From contig CDMY01000238.1 of assembly GCA_001179505.1 (NCBI GenBank), positions 62,001 to 126,000 of the forward strand: DNA of 64,000 nt, given 5' to 3'. The notes under the pieces are model-generated. The model worked only from the letters and a program-made list of their open reading frames with translations. It was not told the origin of the DNA and made no database searches. Positions 36,486 through 46,900 of this stretch are shown here, one piece after another. This stretch comes from Vitrella brassicaformis CCMP3155. Lineage: Eukaryota > Protista > Chromerida. The translations under genes and the position numbers were made by a program. The number at the start of each line of letters is the position of its first letter. Within the stretch, counting starts at the first letter, position 1.

Positions 36486-39400
36486 ATGCCTATTTCCAGC
36501 CAAGCGAAGAAAGCGAACTCAAAAAAGAACGAGGACAACCGCTCCCACTTTGAGCGTGTGCAGCAGTTCTTCGGTCTTGGCAACGGAAGCAACCCCATGG
36601 GCTGCCGTGTGAAGGGCTGCACTTTCCAAAACTGCCAGAAGACGGGCAAGCACTACTGCAAGAGCTGTGGCGACACGGACTCGGACCATTTCGCCTCGGA
36701 CTGCCCCCGCTTGCGCGGCGGACAGAACGCATCGAAACACTCGGTAGGCAGGCACAACAACAGACCAACTGTTTCTTGCGTGTGTGTGCAAAGCTGATCT
36801 GCTGTCTCTTGTGTTTCCGTTGCTGTGTGGCCTGCAGGGTGGCTCATCATCGTCAGGGCGGTCCCACGGCCACCACCCGCCCGACAGCCACGGCCACCAC
36901 CGCGGCTACCAGGACAGAGATCTCAGCCGCTCGAGGCAGCCAAGTTATGAGCCCAAGCCCCTGTCCTGCCGTGTCAAGGGCTGCACTCACCCCAACTGCC
37001 AGAAGACCGGCAAGCACTTCTGCAAGAACTGTGGCGACACGGTACCTAATAAAATCTCATGAGGCTTCGCCTGGGCTGCATGACCCTTTCTTTTCTCGCC
37101 TGGCTGCTTGCGTGCAGGATGCTGACCACTACTCGAAAGATTGCCACAAGAAACCCGGCATGCCCATGCCGCAAGCGATGCTTGACTGGGGACACACATC
37201 CAACACGCACTCGGTAAGTGAGCAGAACACACCATGCCAGTGCTGTGTGGGTGCAATTGGTGTGTGTGGTGCTCTTCTCTGCTCCGCTCTCTGCTGCAGG
37301 TGCATTCATCGCCTCCGCTGTCGTCATCGTCTTCCTCGTCTTCACCTTCGGCAGGCCTGTCGTCTCCCAGAGATGAGGGCTCGTCTCTCGTCGTCCATGC
37401 CATCCTCACCCACCATGCGGCGGAGCACGGACGCGCAAAGGACCCCGAGGACGTCACTCGTCTGCTGAGCGTGCTGCAGCAGCAAATGGGCGGCCAGGGG
37501 ATCTCATCGACCACGTTCCGTGGCGTGGAGAAGCTGTGGACCTCCATCTTCATCGACGAGACGCTGCCCGTCCTGTGTGACGTCCTGTCCAAGAGCGACC
37601 TCAGCTTTCCTCTCCGCCCCCCATGCAGCAACCCACACAGCAAAATGGAGAGACGGATGATGGCTCGCGAGTGCTTCGCCCTCGTCGGTGCGGGCTTCCT
37701 CTGCCTGCACAAGCACGACGATCCAGGCAGCCTCAACTTTGACCGCCTGTTCGACAACAGCACACCCTCGGGCATGGCCAAGCTGCAGTGCTTCATCAAC
37801 TACCTCGACACCATGGCGCGGGCCATCAAGGAGAACAAGAGCACCGAGACGGATCGTGTGGTCATCTTCCAAGCCCTGCATAGCCCAGCGGCGGGGCTTC
37901 AGGAGTGGTCGGAGTCGACTGCCACTCTGGTGGACGTGCGATTCGTGGAAGGCACCCAAGCATCCATCTTCGACTCGGAGGGCATTAGGGGCGACTTCGC
38001 CAACGAGGACATCGGTGGCGGAACGCTGGGAAACGGTACGCAGACCACCTCAGGGGACCCACATACCTCCTTGAATGTGTGTCTGTGTCTTGCCGCGTCT
38101 GTGTGAGTATTTCAGGTGCGGTGCAGGAGGAGATTCTGTTCTCGATCGAGCCCGAGTGCCTCGTCGCCCGCCACCTCTTCCCCAGGCCCATGGGATCGAC
38201 TGAGGCCTTCATGATCATCGGCTCGAGGACATTCAGCAAAACATCCGGCTACGGCCGCGAGACCCTCAGCTTCGCCGGGTCTCTTCTCGACACCGCCACC
38301 ATGATTCAGACACAAGCGGGTTCGTACCTGGACAAGTACATCGTGGCCTTCGATGCGGTCAACTTCGGCAAGCACGGGGGCGGTCAGCAGTACGACAAGA
38401 CATGTGTGCTGCGGGATCTCAACAAGGCGTACACGGCCTTCCACTGCAACAGCCTGACGGTCGTCGGTGGCATGCCATTCGCGACGGGGCAGTGAACCAC
38501 ACGGACGGAATGACAGTCACTGCCATCCTCTCTGGCCTCTTCATCTCTGTGTGTATGCGTGTATGTGCCCGTGCAGGCAATTGGGGCTGCGGTGTGTTTG
38601 GCCGCGATCCCCAGTGGAAGTTCCTCATCCAGTGGTGTGCTGCGACTCTCGCTGGGCGAAAGCTTGACTACTACCCAAGAGACGAGAAGAGCCTGATGGG
38701 CGCCAAGGACTTCATGCACAGCCTGAAGGACGCTGGGTGCGACACTGTGGGGGGATTGGTGCAGCTGATGTGCGATGGGCGCGTACGGAGGGCGATCGGG
38801 CCTCACATGTCGGCATTCGACGCCATCATGGCGGCGCTCATCGAGCAAAACACTCCGCCCTCGCCATCGAAGGTCAGCCGCCTTTGCGCGCCTTCCTGCA
38901 TCAACCAGACTGAGTGCTTGTGTGTGTGTGTGTGTGTGTGTGCTTGCAGTCCCACCTGACCTATCTTCCATTGTCAAACGGGCACCAGACCTATCGGCAG
39001 GCGTTGACCAACGGGCTGGCAGCACCACCACCGCCACACCCGGGAGATGGTGGATACGGCATGGTGAGCCAACTTGCCGTCGGAGGTGCAGCTGGCAATG
39101 TGCTCGTGTCTGCCTGTCTGTGTGTCTGTTTGTCAGGTACCATCTGCGGCCCTTCCTGAGCTGTCGGCCCCCACCGCAGGGGGACACTACACCAATGGGG
39201 AGAATCCAAGAGAGGTCGGTCGAGACACGACGCTCACACACATGTCACTGCTGTCTACTTATCTGTAGGCTGTTTACGAAGGGACAGCAGCGAAGAAGGA
39301 GCGGCCTCCAATGCTTCCGCCGCAGACAAACACGACGGCCAGCCATGCGACCGAGTACGCCAAAACAAGTAGAGAGGGGAGACGCAATGGTCGTGTAAGT

Positions 39401-39703
39401 GTTTGCTTCTGGTGCGCTGTGCTCAGATTCAATCACGTTTTTGAGTTCACGTTCCCATGCACTCGCCCCAAGCCTTCAGTGGTGCTGCTGGCGGGCTCGT
39501 GGGACGGCTGGAAGTTTGCTTCAATGCGGTGGTCAGCAATAAACAACAGATTCTACCGCCCCATGCATCCCCCCCCCGGCAATTACGAGTACAAGTTCTT
39601 CGTCGACGAGGAGTGGCAGTGCTGCAATGACCAGAAGATGGAGAACGGCCCGTATGGGCCGAACAATGTGGTCACCATCCGGCCTGACGGACACGCGGTG
39701 TGA
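36486..39703 (+). CDS. PARG: Two Zn-finger modules + poly(ADP-ribose) glycohydrolase (PARG) catalytic domain + C-terminal CBM48 (AMPK-beta-like glycogen-binding) domain
   Basis: GDFANEDIGGGTLGN|GAVQEEILF (GGG-x7-QEE), IVAFDA, RDLNKAYTAF, GNWGCGVFGRD, KFLIQWCAA. CBM48-like VLLAGSWDGW...PPGNYEYKFFVDEEW...NNVV. One splice donor near 38487 is ambiguous. Confidence 0.87.
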
Positions 39704-39847
39704 GAGACATGGCTGGCAATGTGAGGCCGGGAGGGGGGAGGGGCGGGGAGGGTGAATGTGTAAGGCTGCGTCGGAACTTCAAGTAAGGCGATCAGGTCCC
39801 TGATTGCGTAGTCGTAGTCTCGCTCTCTTTTCATCTACGGTGGTTTT

Positions 39848-40147
39848 TGATGACTGAATGAAGTACGTGTGGGTGTTGCGTGAGAGAGAGTGCTTAAGGT
39901 CGTTTCGGCATTCGCCAAAAGGCAGTCAGGCATCGGAGCGGCGCATACTACGAGTGAGTTTGATCAAGGGAGGGATGCGGGCTGTCTTAGCGATTTCAAG
40001 CTAAGGTAGAGACAGGTTGTGGGGGTTTTTGATGAATGAATGAATGAATGAAGTCCGCGTGGTTGGTGCGTGAGAGGCAGTGTGATACTGCCAGAGGCAG
40101 CCAGGCATTCCGTTGCTTACATGCGTAGCAGTGAGTTTGATCAAGGG
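39848..40147. repeat. Degenerate ~180-bp direct repeat pair
   Basis: Shared blocks ttgatga..gaatgaagt, gcgtgagag, gcca(a/g)aggcag(t/c)caggcat and an identical gtgagtttgatcaaggg. Confidence 0.5.
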
Positions 40148-40623
40148 CTGCCCGACACAGATCGGCGTTGGGTCAAATCGCGTGTGAGTGCCGCGTGTGT
40201 GTGCGTGACGGCTGCATTCGGATGCGAAAGACTCATGCTTCTTCCATCTTTGCATCGGTTGAAGTGCGCTGATTGCATGCATCCCTTGGTCTGTCCCTCT
40301 GTCCATCCATCAATTTGTACGGACAGACAGCCATGACCAGACAGACAGACAGTCAGACAAACACACAGCCACGACTATTCACATCCCACAGGAACGGAAA
40401 CGAAACAAGCCGCATCATCACTACACAACGACGTTGCAGCCAAGCTACAATGTACACACGCCTCGTGATTGTTGGTCATGCACATAAGCTCACACCACTC
40501 CACGCCACGCCAGCCCCGTCCCCACCATATCAGTCAGCCGGTCTCTCCGGTCTCTCCAGATCGCGGCAGGCTCGTGGACAGCCTGGTAACATACATGCTG
40601 GCATCAGCGGCAGGTAGATATGC

Positions 40624-40740
40624 TCACACCACTTTGCGCCCCCACTCATACCTGAGAATCTTGATACAAGTGTAGAAGACATCTCTGTTGTACTCGCTGT
40701 CGAAAAAGAGGAACACCTCCCTCTGCAATACATCCACACA

Positions 40741-40774
<34 letters not shown>

Positions 40775-41864
40775 TGTGAGCACCTGAAGCGCGCGCGCGT
40801 GTGTGTGTGATCATTGCGATTTTTCACCTGATTGTCGCCTTCGCCTAGCTGCAACCCCACACATCGACTGGTGGTCGTCTCGGCCGAGAGAGAAGGCAAC
40901 TGATGAAACGCACGGGTGCAGGCAGCAAAGTTAACTGTACGCCAATACGCATCATGTATTTGTGGGTACTCACAGACCTTCTCTGCGACTTGCTGGTTCT
41001 TCCACACCGACACCACCTGCCAATCGCCACACATGCAGACAGACAGACAGACAGACAGACAGACAGCAGTGCATGGGTATGATGCCTCGATGCAGCCGCG
41101 CGCTCACGTCCGTCACGGCGCAGCTGTCGGTCTTCTTGCCATCCTCTCCACGCAGCTGGAAGCTCTGATCACCGGACACAACAACGGATGTATCATGCCT
41201 GTGCCACGTTAAGTGGATTCCTCATAGCTCTCACCTTGAGGTATCCATCCATGAGGAACACATTGTCCGCCGTGCTCCCATCAGTCGGGTCGATGACGGA
41301 GACGTCGATGCCCTTCACAGCGTCCTGCAGCACATGCGCAACACGTCTCACACCAGCCGATAGACACGCAGTATGTGTGCTCGCGTCCTCCCTCACCTTG
41401 GCGAACTGTTTGACGAGGGTCTGCAGCCGCGCCTTCTCTTGCGCCTTCATGACCACACACACACACACCAATCATACAAGATTCATTCTTATCCGCGCCG
41501 TTCCCCAGTGCCCGTACCTTTTCTGCGGGTGTCATTGAAGCGGCCGTGCGAGAGCCGCCGCCGGCATCCTGAACACGGCCCGGGGATAACGAACCGCTCT
41601 TCTTGAGCCGTTTTATCTCCTGAGCCTGCCGCCAGGCGAAGGCGAGAGCCAGGACCAGCGCCACAGTAAGTCCCAAGGCAACCTGCAAAAAAGGTGGACT
41701 CACTGCATCGATGCGCCTGCTCTGTTCGGTCTGTGCTGCCTTGGGTTGCGCACCTGTGTAGTGATGTCTGTCGAGGACCCTTCAGCTCGTCGCGATGAGT
41801 CACAGTTGACGCCGGTACTACTGGAACACAGCAACAACACGAGGACCATTGCGATTGCCTCCAT
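40624..41864 (-). CDS. Signal-peptide/TM protein with C-terminal PH-like domain (ISP-type alveolate fold)
   Basis: MEAIAMVLVLLLCSSS, TM VALGLTVALVLALAFAW, then KGIDVSVID..., RCVGLQLG...|EVFLFFDSEYNRDVFYTCIKILR. Confidence 0.5.
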
Positions 41865-42081
41865 TGCGGTTGCACAGGATAAGAGAGGCAGAAGCTCTTC
41901 CCTCTCTCCCCCTTGAGCTCGCATAAGCGCGCGGGCAGACCGAAGAAGAGGAAGAAGCAGAGAAAGGAGAAACCGCTCTCTCTTGAGCAGAGAAAGGAGA
42001 AGAGGTCAGTGGAACAGCAGAGATATGAAAGAAACACCTGCTCATTGCCGTCATGACGTCGTGTGTGTGTGCTTCAGGGTC

Positions 42082-43072
42082 ATGAGTTCGTCTTCATCCG
42101 CGAATGCGCCAGTCGGCGGCCTCACAGCGGCCCAGTCATCGGCAGTCCAAGATCTGCTCCGCCCCGAGAACGCCGAGGTGGCCAAAAGCGTGCTGATCAG
42201 GCTGCTGACAGACCCGACCACGAAGGAGCAAGCCAAGAATGTCGTTGATGAGGGTCTGAAAGACGTCTGGCGGACCTCAGACGAAGCCACGGGTGAGAGG
42301 GAGGTGCATTCGTCTCGCGTACACAAGTGCATGCGTCCACACGCCACCTACTTGTGTCACACGGACACCCGATTGCACGTGTGTGTGTGTGTGTGTGTGT
42401 ATGCAATCAATGCAGCCCTGTTACCAAAGAAGGAGGGCACGTGGAGCCTGGACATCATCGACCAGAAAGACCCCAGGAAGGCCAGGGTGCCTGGCTGCGG
42501 CGAGCCGGGCACAGAGCACAAGGGCACCGTCAACTTCGTGACCGGCAAGGTCAGCGTGCCGATCTACGGCGACGACTTCAACAACCAGCACATCTACTCC
42601 ATGCGCCTGCAAAAGGACCGAAACGGCAAGTACGTATGCAGGCACGTCAAAGAAGCATGTGCCCTGGTGAGGTGTATACTTCTTCATCTGTTTCATTCAG
42701 GTACCTACTCTTCGAGGCTCAAGAAGTCCAGCGCTGGGGGTGGCGGGACGTCACCTTTGATATGACGGCCAAGGTGAGGCAGACAGCCATCGACGACGCG
42801 TACATGGGCATGAGAAGACCTGACATGAATTCATTTGTGTCTGGTGTGTGTAGGTGCGTGTCCAGGTGAACGGCATGGGAGAGGAGCGTTTGGTCGGCGA
42901 CGCCGAGTACACCTGGACACAGCGTCGCAAGCCCTACCACGAGCGCAGAGAGAAAGACGGAGATCCTGACTGGGAGATCGACAGTGATAGGGACGGGTCC
43001 AAGGACCTGTGGGAGTTCACCATCGTCGGGGGCACCTTCCAGCCTCAGGATGGCACCGATGGCACCGCGTAG
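42082..43072 (+). CDS. Hypothetical protein
   Basis: Four in-phase GT-AG exons from MSSSSSANAPVGG to ...KDLWEFTIVGGTFQPQDGTDGTA*, with coding-like codon usage. No domain recognised. Confidence 0.6.
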
Positions 43073-43924
43073 TCGCCATCCATTGGCGGGCACACCCACG
43101 TGGGTCCCATGTAGAAGGACAGTGCTTAGTTTGGCGACACGTTTTCTCTTACCATCTGTGTCTATAGAGAGATGGGTCTGGGCATTTATGTAGGGATGTC
43201 TACGACCGGCAGGCGTCACGATTCATGTGCACACCTGAGTGCGGTGTAGACAGACAGGGGCTTCTGTGCGTCGACGAGAGACGGACGGAAGAGACAGAGA
43301 AGTGCTATTCGTGCCTGAGTGGGCTACTTGGCGTCACGGTGTTCCCTACCCTCATGTACGTATGATGCAATCATGTGGCTCTGTGACTGGGGGGTCTGCT
43401 TGATCATCGTGGTGGTTGTGCTCGTGGTGGTTGTGCTGAGCAGCTGAATTCGCTGGCTGCGTGCTTGGTAGAGAATGTCTCAACGGCGTGACGCGGAAAG
43501 CTTCGGATTTCATCCACACGCCTTCTTCATATGCATGCATCCATGCGCACACGAACGCAGTCAGTTGAAAGCACGAGTGGGTGAACGAGTGTTGAAATCC
43601 GCCACGCCAGATAGTAGCTACGTTGGTAGTCTCTCTCTCGGACAGGCAGGCAGGCAGCCACAAAGAAACAAACGGATGGATGGATGAGGATGTCCGCAGG
43701 GGAGAGAGGCTGGCTGCTCGCTGGCTCACTGGCATGCACACTTAAACATCACACACACACGTGGACTGCTCGCCCTCCCCTCCACGATCCGTCTCACAAA
43801 GCTTAGCCACACTGGTCTACTGGCGGCTCCCTCCCTCTCCCCGTCCCTCGCTCAGTGTGGCCAGCCTTGCTTGAGCAAAGACGGCCAATCGGATGCAAAA
43901 ACGACGAGCAAGAGAATCAAAGGC

Positions 43925-43955
<31 letters not shown>

Positions 43956-43997
43956 ACGAAGAGTGCGCCGTGCTCTCGATCGGTCTACGCATCTTGT

Positions 43998-46900
43998 CTA
44001 GGAGAGGAGGAAGCTGCCCTGTCCCTCGTTGATGGCGACGAGCAGCCTCTCCCGCATGACGTCCTTGGATGTGAAGCGGGGCAGCTTGAGGTAGTTGGTG
44101 CACGTCATGACCGACGGCAGGTTGCGGTCGGGGGACTGCGGAGAGGGCGTCTCCTTCACCACCACTGTCAACAGGGGCCTGCAAAGAGACACATAGATGA
44201 CATGCCAACATAAATTGAGGCCCGTGCGTGCGTCTGGGTTGATTGGTTGCGTACTTGAGTGCTCCGAAGCCCTCGAGGGGCAGTGCGGGTGCGCCGGTGG
44301 CGAACTGGCAGAAGAGACGCCTCTCCTTGGGCGACAGCTCACTCAGCACCTCCAACAAATACCGGAACGGCGCTGAGTCCCTCTGGTAACTGCACACACG
44401 CCGAGAGGGAGATAGAGCAACACGAAAAGTCCACATGCAGGTGTCCATGTGCACATGTCTCGCCGTGCGCCGTACCCGTGTGCAGGTTTGATGTATGTCT
44501 TGAGGTGGTCCAGTGTCCAGTACTGGTTGTCCGCCGCATCACCGCCGGCGATGAGCTGCGTCGCCAGCTCCACAGGCTGAAAGCTCAGCAGCGCCTCCAA
44601 CGGCAAAAACAACTCGAAGCCCTCACGGAACGCATGTACCTGCAGAACACCGCACGAGCAGTGCAGACATGAATCAACAAGGGGCGTGGTGGTCATGGTT
44701 GGTGCGTTGGTGACCTGGAGTGCGATGCCCGAGTAGAGCATTGCGCGTCCTACTAGCTGCAGGTACTCGTCGAGGGTGTCCCGCGTCACCACCATGTCCC
44801 TACCGCCGTCCCTCAGCTCATACAGTGGCTCAGGACCTGCAACACACACCGTGCACCGCACCTATGGCGATAGCTCCCTCGGCCATGTGTGTGTGTGTGT
44901 GAGCGCCAGACTTACCGGGCACGGTGAATATGACGCAGAGCTGCTCCAGGTCGAACCCCTGTGCCTTCATCTCCTTCATCTTCTGCAGCTGGTTGTAAAA
45001 CGACGGCGACACCTGCACACACAGCCAAACATACCCACAGAGAGAGACATCCGTCAATCCACGAGTGTCTGTTCGTGTCCCCGCCCTGTTCGTCAGCCAG
45101 CACAGACCTGCATGATGTCGGCTTCGTAGGACAAGGTCACCCGTGCCTCCATGCCCTTCTTCTCGTCCTCCTCCTCGTCCTTGTTCGGCTCGTCAGTGAA
45201 CGGACACAGAATGGGGAAGTGACCACCGCCTCCCGGCCGCTGCCTTTTGACGTCCACTTCCCGCGCCGCGTCCGACAGCACCAGGCGCCAGAAGACCGGG
45301 TGCAGCCGCAGGTCCATCAGGCGCTGGTCGGTCAGCGACTTGGCCACCAGCATCCCCAGCAGCTTGAAGTGCTTGTACAGCTTCGACTCGAACGTCCGCT
45401 CCAGGGGGTGCCGCTCATCGCGTTCGGGTGCGGTCCACTCGCTGCTGTTGTGGGCACGGCCGGCGCGCAGCAGGCCGCTGCGGGAGGCGAATGCCGAGCC
45501 CGCTGGGCCGTTGGCGCGTGTGTCCTTCTTGGGTTTGGCGAGCAGTGTGGGTGCGACCTTCTGGAAGTCGACGTGGTAGGCCTGTGGGAAGAGGAGGCCG
45601 TTGGGCGGCTCGAGGAACAGACGGGGGCTCGTGGAGTCCTTGAACGCTTGCGCAACCTGCATTACACACACGGAAGGTCATATGTGTGTGGGCGTCTTCC
45701 ATGCGTGTGTGTGTCGTGAACGAACCAGTGCGTAGAATTCGAGTGTGGGTCCAAGTCCTGATCCCGACTCGTTGTAGTACTCGACCTCCAACACGGGCTC
45801 CACACGGTGACGCTGGCTTCTCACACACTCAAACACCTACATATACGAAAGAAAAGAACAGTGACGGGCCTCTCTGCGAGACATTTGTGGTTGCGTGTGC
45901 GTACCTTCCAGGCATTTTCTATGATGGGTGTGCGGCCGATACGGACCTTCTGGCGAGGAAGCGTCGTGTGCTGCGAAAGAATGCCACACACGAGGTGGAT
46001 GATTGATGCCCATTTTCTTTTCCCTTCACCACTGACCCTACTGACCTCTTTGATTTGGTTGAGTATGTCCTTTTGTCTCTTACGGCTCATCCGCCCGCCG
46101 TAAGGGCCCAGACCCATCATCATCATCAGCGCCGTGTCCGCACCCTTGGTCGCATTGGCCGTACCAGACCCCGCCCCTCCCTGCCCCTCGGCCTCCCTGT
46201 CCGCCCGCAGGTCATCCCCCGACTCGGACGGCGAGGGGGGCGGCGACGGCATGTTGTCATTGCTCCCAGCACCGCCGGCCCCCTGGCCGCCACGCCTGAC
46301 CTCGATCTCGGCCGCGTCACTGAGCCATCGGTGGAAGAAGTGCATGGAGCGCTTGGAGCCCATGCCCGTGAGGTAGAGCAGACGACGCCTGGCTTCAAAA
46401 AAGAAGAGGTAGGGGCAGGCCACGGCCAGCCGGGAGATCCATGTGGGGATCTGGTTGCCGATCACCGCCAGGGGGTCTGTCAGCTGCCGCAGCACCTTGG
46501 ACGACAGAGATGGGCTGCAGAAGGCGTCAGTCAGACCGATGCGGTCGCCGAAGGTGGTTTGGCTTTGGGAGAGGGCCCGATCACGCTCAAACCGGCCGGT
46601 GGAGAGTCGGGACATGGATGCGGTGGGCGATGGGACGGGGGATGTGTCGGTCATCATGGGGGCGAGTCCGTTCCCCTCACCGTTGCCATAGCCGTTGTCA
46701 GCCAGGACGTACGTGTTGCCCCCCAGCGCCACGCCCGTGTAGAGCTGCTGCAGCCGTTTGATGGCCCACACGCAGTTGTGGAGGCCCATCAGCAGCTGCA
46801 CCACCGCTGCGAGGTCCTCGTTGGTCTTGAGGGGGTCCTCAGGAGGCGGGAGGTTGAAGGACACCTCCTCGGGCTCATCATCACCCCCGTCAGCAGCAGC

